Source of the DNA: a virus
Taxonomy: Duplodnaviria; Caudoviricetes
Reading direction: 5' to 3' (one strand)
IMG/VR virus record: IMGVR_UViG_3300022413_000013
Span: 1-56,908 of that record
Length of the DNA: 56,908 bases
Shown here: piece by piece, positions 26,613 through 35,225 of the stretch
Position numbering within the stretch: position 1 is the first letter of the stretch
How the letters are laid out: every line of letters begins with the position of its first letter
Translations under genes and position numbers: made by a program
The notes under the pieces: generated by a model
Databases searched by the model: none
What the model saw: the letters and a program-made list of their open reading frames with translations, nothing else
What the model was told of the DNA's origin: nothing

Positions 26613-26893
26613 TGAAGGCCGGCCTGTTCTGCTTTCACTGCGACCGCGAGGGCGAAACCGTCGAGTGCTTCATATGCGGCAAGCCAACTTGCGTCGATTG
26701 CCGGTCGGACAGGCCGGCAACCCGAGCTGGCAAAGGCTTGATGTGCACGCGGTGCGCAAACAACCAACACGATTTCCTGGAGGTGCAACAGGAAATCTAC
26801 AAACGCCATGGGCGAAGCCGGCGCGAGAAGTCGCGCTTGCATCGACAGCAGCATTTCCGGCCTGGCGCCTATGCCCGCATGAAAGGGAAGTGA
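26609..26893 (+). CDS. Zinc-finger protein
   Basis: Four CxxC pairs. Confidence 0.65.
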   Translation: MMKAGLFCFHCDREGETVECFICGKPTCVDCRSDRPATRAGKGLMCTRCANNQHDFLEVQQEIYKRHGRSRREKSRLHRQQHFRPGAYARMKGK

Positions 26894-27177
26894 TGACATC
26901 CGGTCTCGAATCGAAAGGGATTACCTTTCGCGAGGATGGCGGCGTAACGATCGACGCCGCCAACGTGATCAAATGGTTATCGATGCTCGAACAAATTCAC
27001 GCGGCCGTCGTCGACGAGGTGCCCGCGAGTGACAAGCTTCGAGCTGCAGCGCAAGAGGTTGTCACCGCTCGGTACGATACCAGCGACATCGACAACGGCC
27101 GGCTTTACCAGGCAATCGACTACCTAGGTGCAACGCTAATGCGGGACGCCGTCCTAGAGGAGAAAAAGAAGCGATGA
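26893..27177 (+). CDS. Hypothetical protein
   Basis: TGATG-coupled MTSGLES start. Confidence 0.6.
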   Translation: MTSGLESKGITFREDGGVTIDAANVIKWLSMLEQIHAAVVDEVPASDKLRAAAQEVVTARYDTSDIDNGRLYQAIDYLGATLMRDAVLEEKKKR

Positions 27178-27368
27178 GCGGAAGCGACAACCAACCGCGC
27201 AACCTTCGGCAATGCCCGTTTTGCGGCGAACAAAAAGCTTTTGAAGTCGAGGAAGACGGAAGCCGACACTTTTCCTCTTTCTCGGTTCGCTGTTTAGCCT
27301 GTTATGCGACCGGCCCGAGAGCTTTAAGCGCCGAGCTTGCTGCAACATCATGGGATGCACGACGATGA
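27174..27368 (+). CDS. lar: Lar-family restriction alleviation protein
   Basis: LRQCPFCG...VRCLACYATGP...A-x-x-x-W. Confidence 0.75.
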   Translation: MSGSDNQPRNLRQCPFCGEQKAFEVEEDGSRHFSSFSVRCLACYATGPRALSAELAATSWDARR

Positions 27369-27431
27369 CCGCCGAGGATTTCGAGCCTCTTAAGAACCAA
27401 TCGATCGCGTAGTCGTCGAGGTGCAACGCTA

Positions 27432-27626
27432 ATGCGGATTCCAGAACAGTCGACAGAGGAGCCCGTTCGCATCGACGTCGACGCCTTCGAGTTCGAGACC
27501 GACGAAGCGCTCTTGTTCAAGATCGACACAGAAGAGCTTTGGGTGCCGCGCGAGGTCGTGGTTGAGTTTGGCGACGATTTCGTCGACGTCGACTGGTGGT
27601 GGGCAAACGAGAAAGGGCTCGATTGA
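27432..27626 (+). CDS. Hypothetical protein
   Basis: ETDEALL...WVPR...WWANEKGL common phage SH3-like small protein. Confidence 0.7.
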   Translation: MRIPEQSTEEPVRIDVDAFEFETDEALLFKIDTEELWVPREVVVEFGDDFVDVDWWWANEKGLD

Positions 27627-27931
27627 TGACAGAAGAAGAGAGAAAAGACGCCGCCTATAGGCGCTACGGCAAAGCTATGCACGCCGTGCAATCGGGCGTC
27701 GCCTTCATGATCGAGAACGGCGACGGTAAGGAAGTCGAGCCCAAACACCTACGCGTTGGCGTGGCTTCGGCGCTAAATGCCAACGGCGCCATAGTGAAAT
27801 TGCTCATGCGAAAAGGGCTGATATCCGAAGCCGAATACGCCGAAATGCTCGCCGAGTATGCCGAAAAAGATCAAGCGAGTTACGAGCGCGCCGCTGCGGC
27901 GTTGACGGGCGCGAAGGTCAAGTTCGAATGA
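27626..27931 (+). CDS. Hypothetical protein
   Basis: HAVQSGV...PKHLRVGV; coupled. Confidence 0.7.
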   Translation: MTEEERKDAAYRRYGKAMHAVQSGVAFMIENGDGKEVEPKHLRVGVASALNANGAIVKLLMRKGLISEAEYAEMLAEYAEKDQASYERAAAALTGAKVKFE

Positions 27932-28341
27932 CCGAGCACGACGGCGACGCGCCTTGGTTGGTCCGCAATGTCAAATGGACCGACAAGGAATGGAACCAAA
28001 GAGCGCTCAATCAAAACTGTTTGATGCGCGGGAAGTGCGGCGATTTCGTCTCGATACGGCCCTGTGATGAGGCTCTAGGTGACAAGACGTTTCTCGGCGT
28101 CATGCTCGGCGACCTGGCGACCAGCGTTTCCGCCGAATATGACCCCGGATCGAAAACCCTCGAGATCGGGTTTAGCCTGTTCAATCCCGCCATGTTCGTG
28201 CCCGATTTGAACCGCGTCCTTCTAGGTCGCGAAAGTTGGTGGACGCTGATCGAATCGCCCGAAGATCTACGCAAGATCAGCGACGCCGACATCGACAACG
28301 TTTGGTATGTGCGGGCGCTCAAGGCGATGACGCCGCCATGA
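27928..28341 (+). CDS. Hypothetical protein
   Basis: ATGA coupling; GRESWW...IDNVWYV. Confidence 0.7.
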   Translation: MTEHDGDAPWLVRNVKWTDKEWNQRALNQNCLMRGKCGDFVSIRPCDEALGDKTFLGVMLGDLATSVSAEYDPGSKTLEIGFSLFNPAMFVPDLNRVLLGRESWWTLIESPEDLRKISDADIDNVWYVRALKAMTPP

Positions 28342-28592
28342 AGCTCCAAGGCTTGCGCTTCGACTTCGATTACCAGCTCGTGAACGACGACGACGAGCCC
28401 CTTTGCTCGATGTGTTACGACCCGATCGACGACGACCAAGTGCCGTTGCTGATCTGGCTTAAAGACGCGCGTTGGATGGCGACCGTTTGCGACAACTGTT
28501 TGGAGGATGTTTTTAAGCTCACTCCGTTCATTAATACGGCCGACGTCGGCGTCAACGAATTTCAAAAGACTCACGTCGAGGTCGGCGAATGA
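28338..28592 (+). CDS. Hypothetical CxxC protein
   Basis: ATGA coupling; CSMC...CDNC. Confidence 0.6.
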   Translation: MKLQGLRFDFDYQLVNDDDEPLCSMCYDPIDDDQVPLLIWLKDARWMATVCDNCLEDVFKLTPFINTADVGVNEFQKTHVEVGE

Positions 28593-28660
28593 GCATCGAG
28601 CCGTGGGTGTGGGTGGCTTTGATCATTTTTGTGATCATCATCATATGGCCAAGCGGATAA
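28589..28660 (+). CDS. 23-aa transmembrane micropeptide
   Basis: MSIEPWVWVALIIFVIIIIWPSG; ATGA upstream and TAATG coupling to the integrase. Confidence 0.55.
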   Translation: MSIEPWVWVALIIFVIIIIWPSG

Positions 28661-29706
28661 TGAACAAGCGCGAGACACAGATAGGCGACTATTGGCTAAG
28701 CCGGCGGCCTGGCCGGCCGACGTTCTTTCGCACGTGGTTCGATCCCGAGACGCGGCAAACGCGCCGTGCGTCGCTCGGAACGGCCGACAAGGCGGAAGCG
28801 CAATTGATCATGGCGAAGTGGGTTGCAGCTCACGGCACCATGCGCGAATTGCCGCTCGACCAGGTCAAGCTCGTGGACATCCTCGAAAGGTACTGGCAAG
28901 CCGTCGGCCGGCATCTCGTCAGCTCGCGGGCGCAAGCCGTATCGTATCGCTATTGGAAAGACTTCTACGGCGACGCCTCGATCGCCGACCTCACGATCGA
29001 CCGGCAAGAGGCCTTCGTCGCATCCCTGAAAGGTCGGGAATTATCTTCGAGCTATATCAAAAAGGTCGTCGGCTTTGGCCGCTGGGCTTTAAACCGAGCG
29101 CGCGAGCGTCACGAGATCGCCGAGCCGCCGCGGATCATCAAGATTCGAGAAGCGAGGCCGGCAATGCGCCGACTCGAGCCGGACGAGGTCGCCCGATTGA
29201 TTGAAGCTTCGCGACGCCGGCCGCACGTTTACATGTTTGTAATGCTAGCGCTCAACACACTATCGCGACCTGGCGCGCTTCTCGAACTCCACCTCGAACA
29301 GTGCGATTTCGAGCGCGGTTTGATCTATCTCAATCAAGCCGGCCGATCGCAGACGAAGAAGCGCCGGCCGGTCGTGCCGATGACCGAGACGTTGCGGCGA
29401 ATCCTCGAACTCGCGCCGTCCGGCCGCCTGGTGCAATTCGCCGATCGTCCGGTAAAGCAAATCAACAGAGCGTTCGCCGGCGCCGTCAAGCGCGCCGAGC
29501 TGCCGCGCGACGTCGTCCCGATGACCATGCGGCGGACCATGGCGCGCGAGCTTCGACGCCGCGGCGTCGGCTCTTGGGATGTCGCCGGCCTTATGGGCCA
29601 TCGCCTCGACGAGCGGACGACCGAGATTTATGCGGAGTATGATGCCGGCTATCAAAAACAGGCCGTCGAGGCGATCGACGCCTTTATGAATGAGGTCGCG
29701 AAATGA
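28660..29706 (+). CDS. int: Tyrosine recombinase/integrase
   Basis: LSRPG (Arg I), TKKRR, MTMRRT (HxxR variant), LMGH, TTEIYA catalytic Tyr; N-terminal arm-binding-like region. Confidence 0.9.
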   Translation: MNKRETQIGDYWLSRRPGRPTFFRTWFDPETRQTRRASLGTADKAEAQLIMAKWVAAHGTMRELPLDQVKLVDILERYWQAVGRHLVSSRAQAVSYRYWKDFYGDASIADLTIDRQEAFVASLKGRELSSSYIKKVVGFGRWALNRARERHEIAEPPRIIKIREARPAMRRLEPDEVARLIEASRRRPHVYMFVMLALNTLSRPGALLELHLEQCDFERGLIYLNQAGRSQTKKRRPVVPMTETLRRILELAPSGRLVQFADRPVKQINRAFAGAVKRAELPRDVVPMTMRRTMARELRRRGVGSWDVAGLMGHRLDERTTEIYAEYDAGYQKQAVEAIDAFMNEVAK

Positions 29707-30002
29707 GGAAGTTCGAATTCGACTGGACCATTCCCGACTATGACGACGGCGACCTGCAACAACAGTGGCGACACGATTGCTCGGTCGCCAAGGCTGTCGA
29801 GGACGTCTTGAAGCTAATCAGCCAAAGCCCGCCGTCGGCCATGTCAGCTATTTCGATCGTCGTCGCATCCTACTTGCACACGAACCTCGCCGATGATCAG
29901 AGGGCGCGAGTAGCTCTCAACGAATTCGCACACATGGTTTTGACCGCCCGCTCGAACCTTCAAAAGTGCGAGCTTCGAGACGGGAAAAAATCCCTAAATT
30001 AA
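29703..30002 (+). CDS. Hypothetical protein
   Basis: ATGA-coupled to the integrase. Confidence 0.6.
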   Translation: MRKFEFDWTIPDYDDGDLQQQWRHDCSVAKAVEDVLKLISQSPPSAMSAISIVVASYLHTNLADDQRARVALNEFAHMVLTARSNLQKCELRDGKKSLN

Positions 30003-30006
30003 CGGT

Positions 30007-30127
30007 TTGCGTGCCGCTTGCGTGGCATTGGCGAAAAAAAGATGTGAAAGGGAGTGGTTTAAAGTGCAGAAAAATAATAATTATTCTCGTTCATTGAACG
30101 AGGCGCCGGTTAGCTTCATAAGCTAAC
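30007..30127. other. Candidate att/recombination site
   Basis: Arm-like tandem TTGCGTGCCGCTTGCGT, AT-rich spacer, palindromes CTCGTTCA-T-TGAACGAG and GTTAGCTT-CAT-AAGCTAAC. Confidence 0.5.
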
Positions 30128-30157
30128 GTTTGTTAAATTCTATCAAAGGAAACAATC

Positions 30158-30553
30158 ATGCTAGTCGATATCGAGGCGGTTGAACGGCGTTTGAATGGCG
30201 CGCTTGGTGGCGATCCCGTCGAGTACGCGAATTTCGATGAACACGCGCTGGCCGACGTCCGCGCCCTTTTAGACGCCGTCAAAATTATCGCCGACCACGA
30301 CATACAGCTACACGCGACGATCAAAGACCAAGCCGACACGATCGCTCGATTGATCCGCAAGATAATCGAACTCGAAGAACAAAAAATCCGCGCCGACCGC
30401 ATCGAGGACGCCGCGCGAGCCTGGCAACAGCAAATCGAGCGCGCCGGACTGCTTTACGGTTCGAACGGCGCCTGGCCAGAGGAAGCCTTGCTCGAAGTCC
30501 TCAACGCCAACCCAAGGCCGGAAGCCCCCCAGCCGACAGAAACGGATGCATGA
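30158..30553 (+). CDS. Hypothetical coiled-coil protein
   Basis: SD AAGGA. Confidence 0.65.
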   Translation: MLVDIEAVERRLNGALGGDPVEYANFDEHALADVRALLDAVKIIADHDIQLHATIKDQADTIARLIRKIIELEEQKIRADRIEDAARAWQQQIERAGLLYGSNGAWPEEALLEVLNANPRPEAPQPTETDA

Positions 30554-30837
30554 AGCCCATGGAAAACCCCGCCGATAAGATCGTCGAAGAACTCCATTTC
30601 TCTTTTCTCGGAGTTCCCGACGACAAGCTCGAATATATCCGTTCGATCATGCACACGAAGCAAGGCGCCTTCGACGGCGAAATTGTTCGATGGCTCGTCG
30701 CCGAGGTCGACCGTGGGCGCAAGGTCGAAGACGACGTCATCGCCGTCCGCGACACGCCGCCAGGCCGAACGAGGACCGCCGCATTTATCGAAATGCTCGC
30801 CACACTCGAAGCCAACCCGAGACCAGGAAAATCATAA
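30550..30837 (+). CDS. Hypothetical protein
   Basis: ATGA coupling; shares the ANPRP ending with the previous gene. Confidence 0.6.
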   Translation: MKPMENPADKIVEELHFSFLGVPDDKLEYIRSIMHTKQGAFDGEIVRWLVAEVDRGRKVEDDVIAVRDTPPGRTRTAAFIEMLATLEANPRPGKS

Positions 30838-30854
30838 TTGCGTGCCGCTTGCGT
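30838..30854 (+). repeat. Second copy of the 17-bp arm-like repeat
   Basis: TTGCGTGCCGCTTGCGT identical to 30007-30023. Confidence 0.85.
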
Positions 30855-30942
30855 AGCCATGAGGAATCCCGATGAATTACGAGCCTAAGACAGAAAACGA
30901 TTTGCGACAGATCGCCGTCGACACGGTCGAGGACGCCGCGCC

Positions 30943-31515
30943 ATGAACTGGTCTTCACCATACGCGCGGATATGCAGCGCCGCCGTTCAAGAATGGCCTC
31001 TTCAGCACCGGGCGCTCAATACTGTTTTGAAAGGCGACGTCAAAGGCGTCGTGATCGAGATCGTCGACGTAAGCATAGACTTCCATTTCCATTACAAGGG
31101 CGTGCCGGTCAAAGACCTGGCGAGCTTTTGCGCTTGGGTCGAGCCCGAAGAAGAAGCGCAACCGTTCGTCAATCATTGGGGCATCGACAGCAACAGCGAA
31201 GCCGAAATCGTGTGCCGCTGCAAACTGACGAAAGAGCAAGTCGTTCTAGGCCGCAACTCTGGCCAATGTTTCATGACAAGGCTCTTCGCCATCGACAGAG
31301 ATGCAACCGAGTCCTGGCGCGTCTATTCCGGCACCGAGCCCGCCGACCTCGTGAACGGCGTTATCTGGTCGACCCGCATGGATAAAGAAAGAGCGCTGCA
31401 AAACATCCAAGACGCGAAGCGGGTTTTCTACTCGAACACGTCGAGGTTCGATGAGGGCTGGCGTGAAACCCTAAGCGGTTTGCTGATCACAGCTAAAGGA
31501 GAGGAGTCACCATGA
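30943..31515 (+). CDS. Hypothetical protein
   Basis: Long ORF in the operon direction. Confidence 0.6.
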   Translation: MNWSSPYARICSAAVQEWPLQHRALNTVLKGDVKGVVIEIVDVSIDFHFHYKGVPVKDLASFCAWVEPEEEAQPFVNHWGIDSNSEAEIVCRCKLTKEQVVLGRNSGQCFMTRLFAIDRDATESWRVYSGTEPADLVNGVIWSTRMDKERALQNIQDAKRVFYSNTSRFDEGWRETLSGLLITAKGEESP

Positions 31516-31721
31516 CGAACCCGCTAACCGAGGAACAGCGCCACTATCTTCGCCTCGTCGGCCGAAGCATGAAAGGCCAGCCATGGGCGCCTGTGAGCAA
31601 AACGCTTTGGCCTTGGTTGGTAAGGATGCAAGCGGCCTTGCCAGAGCTGATCGAGATCGACGCCGAAAACCAGCGCATTAGGCCGACAGACAAAGGCCAA
31701 ACTTTGATCGATTATCTATGA
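31512..31721 (+). CDS. Hypothetical protein
   Basis: SD GAGGAG, ATGA coupling. Confidence 0.65.
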   Translation: MTNPLTEEQRHYLRLVGRSMKGQPWAPVSKTLWPWLVRMQAALPELIEIDAENQRIRPTDKGQTLIDYL

Positions 31722-32011
31722 AGCGCTCGGAAGCCCTAGAAGGCATAAGGCGCGACCTCGCCTGTATCCGCGCTTTAATCAAAGATTACGGCGAACATTC
31801 TGAATCACCTTCCCTCGCTATCGCCGAATGGCTGCTACGCGACCTTGATCGCCTATGGCCGGTCGTCGACGCCGCGGTCGCGCTCGACGACGCCGTCGCC
31901 GAGTTCGGCGCGACTCTCGAGTACGTTTCAGAGCACTTCCAAAATCTGTCGGACGCGATCGACCGAAGCAAGATCCGCGAGGACGGCGAGCCACCAACCA
32001 AGGAGGAATAG
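31718..32011 (+). CDS. Hypothetical protein
   Basis: ATGA coupling. Confidence 0.6.
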   Translation: MKRSEALEGIRRDLACIRALIKDYGEHSESPSLAIAEWLLRDLDRLWPVVDAAVALDDAVAEFGATLEYVSEHFQNLSDAIDRSKIREDGEPPTKEE

Positions 32012-32012
32012 A

Positions 32013-32249
32013 TTGACCGACGAACGCGCGAAAATCTTCAAGCAAGTCGCCGCGACTGCCAAGAAGATCGGCGAATTGATCGCTGGTGCCATGGAAGGGA
32101 CCGGCTACGGCTTCACCTTGATTATATTCGAGAAGGACAGGCAAGCCGGAGCATTGACCTATATGTCGAACGCCGAGCGCGAAAGCATGGTCGCCGCCAT
32201 GAAAGAGCTGATCAAGATGGAAGCCGACCGAGAAGCCACCATGCAATGA
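32013..32249 (+). CDS. Hypothetical protein
   Basis: TTG start after AGGAGG; GFTLIIF...YMSNAERE. Confidence 0.65.
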   Translation: MTDERAKIFKQVAATAKKIGELIAGAMEGTGYGFTLIIFEKDRQAGALTYMSNAERESMVAAMKELIKMEADREATMQ

Positions 32250-32527
32250 AAGGCAAAGCCGTCCGCCTCGACGACGACTTTTGCCCGAATTGCGCCGCCA
32301 AGCTTTCCGCGGCGTCGGTCGCATTCGGCCCAAAAGCCAAGCCGAAAGAAGGCGACCCGACGTTGTGCGTCTATTGCCTCGAATTCGCGATCTTCGGTCC
32401 TGGCTTGAAGCTCAGAAAGACAACCGAAATCGAGCTTCGGCTTACGCTCGATCTGGAACAATATGAACATTTCGCCGCCACGCGCGAGGGCTTGCGCGCG
32501 GCGAAAGCGCGGTACGGGATGAATTGA
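32246..32527 (+). CDS. Zinc-ribbon protein
   Basis: CPNC...PKEGD...CVYC. Confidence 0.65.
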   Translation: MKGKAVRLDDDFCPNCAAKLSAASVAFGPKAKPKEGDPTLCVYCLEFAIFGPGLKLRKTTEIELRLTLDLEQYEHFAATREGLRAAKARYGMN

Positions 32528-32528
32528 C

Positions 32529-32795
32529 ATGACCGAGCTTAGGCAAGTAAAGCGCCAGCGCATGGATTTGTACATTAATCAACGTCGGACAAGCGTTCGC
32601 ATCGAAAAAGTCTTCTCGGACTATCTCAAAGAGCGGGCGGCAGATATGCAAATATCAAAATCGAGGCTTGTCTCGCGAATAGTGTCGCAATACGAAAACA
32701 ACGCGAACAGATCGGCGGCCGTGCGCACTTATTGTTTTGAAGACCTTCAGGCGCGATTGGAAAAAGCGGAAGCGAAAGCCAATGCCAAGACTTAA
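32529..32795 (+). CDS. Ribbon-helix-helix (RHH_4-like) regulator
   Basis: INQRRTSVRIEKVF...SAAVR. Confidence 0.75.
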   Translation: MTELRQVKRQRMDLYINQRRTSVRIEKVFSDYLKERAADMQISKSRLVSRIVSQYENNANRSAAVRTYCFEDLQARLEKAEAKANAKT

Positions 32796-33036
32796 GCGCG
32801 TCGAAGTGAGGATCAACGGCCATCGAACCGCGATCCAATTGGAAACGCCATTTTGGCGCTATCTCGACGAGATCGTCGCCGCCAGGGGAACCACGCGAAC
32901 CAAGCTCGTCAACGAAGTCCTCGCCGCCGACCCGGACAAAACGAATATGTGCTCGACGCTTCGGACGTTCGCGCTCGCGCACGCCGAACGCCGGGCGAAT
33001 GGCTGGCGCCTCGACCAGGAGATTGCAGCATCATGA
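32782..33036 (+). CDS. Ribbon-helix-helix (RHH_4-like) regulator
   Basis: RINGHRTAIQLETPFWRYLDEI...NMCSTLR. Confidence 0.8.
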   Translation: MPRLKRVEVRINGHRTAIQLETPFWRYLDEIVAARGTTRTKLVNEVLAADPDKTNMCSTLRTFALAHAERRANGWRLDQEIAAS

Positions 33037-33494
33037 AAGCGATCACACTCAATCAACCATGGGCGTCGCTCATCGCGGAAGGCTTCCAATCATACGAGGT
33101 TCGGCGATGGTGCCCACCGCGTTACAAGATCCTGCAACGGATCGGAATCCACGCCGGCGGCAAGCACGTCGAAACCGACCAGATCGTCGACTTGATGAAC
33201 CGGCTTTCCGGCGACTTCCCCGGCCGGTCGATCACGTCGAAGGATGCGATCCCGTTTCTTGAAAGCTGCCTGGAAGACACAAGGCGTTTGCCGAGATCCG
33301 CGGTTATCTGCACAGCGTTCTTAGGCCGCCCGCGGCTGGCTAAAGGCCTGTGCGAAGGCAGCTCGCCGATATCGCCGAGGCTGTGGGCATGGCCGCTAAG
33401 CGACGCGCAAACGTTGCGCGTGCCGGCGCGGATCGCCGGGCAACCGGACCTTTGGGAATGGGACCAAAGCCACGAACCGGACCAATTGCTATGA
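33033..33494 (+). CDS. ASCH-domain protein
   Basis: MKAITLNQPWASLIA-x-G...E-x-R-x-W...IHA...GQ-x-x-LW. Confidence 0.85.
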   Translation: MKAITLNQPWASLIAEGFQSYEVRRWCPPRYKILQRIGIHAGGKHVETDQIVDLMNRLSGDFPGRSITSKDAIPFLESCLEDTRRLPRSAVICTAFLGRPRLAKGLCEGSSPISPRLWAWPLSDAQTLRVPARIAGQPDLWEWDQSHEPDQLL

Positions 33495-33802
33495 GTGACG
33501 CGCGCCTCCCGATCTCTCTCCTCGTGTTGTTTGGCGTTGGGCTGATTTCATTCGGCGCGGGCGTCGAGTACGGGCGAAAGCCTGGCGCCGCGCCAGGCGC
33601 CATCGAAATCGCTTCGCCTCGAGTCGACGAATGTCATCGAGACCTTGCCGAGCTTCGCCAGATACAGGAAAGCGGCACGTTACTTTGTCGTGCTGACGCC
33701 GAAATTGCGCCGATCGTCGCGATAGCTATGATCGAGGACATGATTAGCCGGTCGTCGTCCCTTCGCGACTCACTTGAGAGAGACCTATGCATGACATTCT
33801 GA
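33491..33802 (+). CDS. Single-TM hypothetical protein
   Basis: MSDARLP start, hydrophobic N-terminus. Confidence 0.55.
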   Translation: MSDARLPISLLVLFGVGLISFGAGVEYGRKPGAAPGAIEIASPRVDECHRDLAELRQIQESGTLLCRADAEIAPIVAIAMIEDMISRSSSLRDSLERDLCMTF

Positions 33803-34023
33803 TGATTGCGCTCGTGTGCTACGCCAGCGCTGGCGAGTGCGGACCGTTTCAGGCCGCAGCATTGATTGACGGCCCAAAATACTACGACGCCGCCATATGC
33901 CGCGACCATGCGGCCAGGTTCGTGCACGACGTCGAAGTGCGCCGGCATGCCTTTAGGCTGATCAAAACACAGCGTGGACAGCTCGAAATCATCTGCGTTA
34001 AGGCGGCGCTTCCGGTCGGATAA
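33787..34023 (+). CDS. Hypothetical, possibly secreted protein
   Basis: Hydrophobic N-terminus, four Cys. Confidence 0.5.
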   Translation: MHDILMIALVCYASAGECGPFQAAALIDGPKYYDAAICRDHAARFVHDVEVRRHAFRLIKTQRGQLEIICVKAALPVG

Positions 34024-34042
34024 CAAGCGACCGCTGTACTTC

Positions 34043-34096
34043 GTCACGGTTATGTGACTTTTTTTCCTTGCTCAATTGTCACGCTTATGTGACAAA
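34043..34096 (+). promoter_or_regulatory. Promoter with two palindromic operators
   Basis: GTCACG(G/C)TTATGTGAC at 34043-58 and 34078-93; TTGCTC-N17-GACAAA. Confidence 0.7.
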
Positions 34097-34121
34097 AGAA
34101 TTCTAGCAAGGAGAACGACCG

Positions 34122-34379
34122 ATGAACCTCAATCAACTCAAAACCGCACCGATCTCGCACAAGTCCCGTCACGAGCTTAAGGCGCACCTCGAAGCCATCT
34201 TCGCGAACATCAACGCGATCGTGACCGCGGACAATCCCGTCATGACGACAGCAGGCACGGCACAAGGCCGCCCGCGCTACGTGATCCGCATTCGCGGCGA
34301 GGGCGCGTCTCGCGTGCGCCCTCAAGACCTCGACGAGGTCATGAAGCGTTTCGACGTCCGTTCATTCATTTCGATGTGA
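34122..34379 (+). CDS. Hypothetical protein
   Basis: SD AAGGAG. Confidence 0.7.
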   Translation: MNLNQLKTAPISHKSRHELKAHLEAIFANINAIVTADNPVMTTAGTAQGRPRYVIRIRGEGASRVRPQDLDEVMKRFDVRSFISM

Positions 34380-34391
34380 GGGAGTCCCGAG

Positions 34392-34745
34392 ATGACATCG
34401 AACAAAGTCCTTTTTATGCCCGACGGGTCAGAGATCGAGGTGCCGACCCGCTGGGCAATCTGCGGATTGTGCGAAGGCCACGGCCTATCGAGCGCGCACC
34501 TTGGATCATTTACCGCGAGCGAATTTCAATCGGCCTGCGACTGCGACCCGAACTTCGCAGAGGACTACCGAAGCGGCGCCTATGATCGGCGATGCGAAAA
34601 TTGCGGCGGATCGGGCAAGGTCGTGGTCGTCGATCTCGACAAGCTCACCAGTGAGCACCGCAAACAGTACAAAGAACAGTGCGAAGCCGATGCGGAATTT
34701 CGCGCCGAACAAGACGCCGAAAGGCGCATGCTAGGAGGTTATTAG
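34392..34745 (+). CDS. DnaJ-type CxxCxGxG zinc protein
   Basis: CGLCEGHG...GAYD...CENCGGSG. Confidence 0.7.
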   Translation: MTSNKVLFMPDGSEIEVPTRWAICGLCEGHGLSSAHLGSFTASEFQSACDCDPNFAEDYRSGAYDRRCENCGGSGKVVVVDLDKLTSEHRKQYKEQCEADAEFRAEQDAERRMLGGY

Positions 34746-34747
34746 CC

Positions 34748-35077
34748 ATGGCAAAAGCTTCCGCCCTCTCCTATGTGAGCGCCGCCGAGGCCGCAAACGC
34801 CGCCGACGGCATCTTCGCAGTTATGCAGCTCGACCGAGCGCGCCGCCATGAATTTTGGGCGCAAATGCCCGACGGCGAGTGGGAATTCTTGCGGGCAAGC
34901 AGCCGCTCGTATCGGTTCGCTCACATCTACCGCGAAGCCATCAACGGCAACCTAGCGCCGCAAAAGCTCGGCGCTTATGTGCAACTCACTAACAGCCCGA
35001 ATCCGACCGGCCACGAGCGCTTTCTCTTCCGTGAGACGATTAAGATTCGCGGCGAGAACGGAGAGTCGAGCCGATGA
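34748..35077 (+). CDS. Hypothetical protein
   Basis: SD AGGAGG before MAKASAL. Confidence 0.6.
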   Translation: MAKASALSYVSAAEAANAADGIFAVMQLDRARRHEFWAQMPDGEWEFLRASSRSYRFAHIYREAINGNLAPQKLGAYVQLTNSPNPTGHERFLFRETIKIRGENGESSR

Positions 35078-35225
35078 CCGTTCTTTATGTCTTGATCCTT
35101 TCGATTGAGCCCGACGACGGTCGAGGTCTGGTCGAACTGTCCGAGCTTGCTCCTGAGTGCTTTCGAGCGTTAGGGCCAAGCGATTCGTTTTGGCTCGTCC
35201 CCGGCACGATTAGCCCGGCCGACGA

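Noticed and set aside
30402-30941. 15-bp repeat TCGAGGACGCCGCGC at 30402 and 30927
   Set aside because: Made of very common codons (EDAA); plausible by chance
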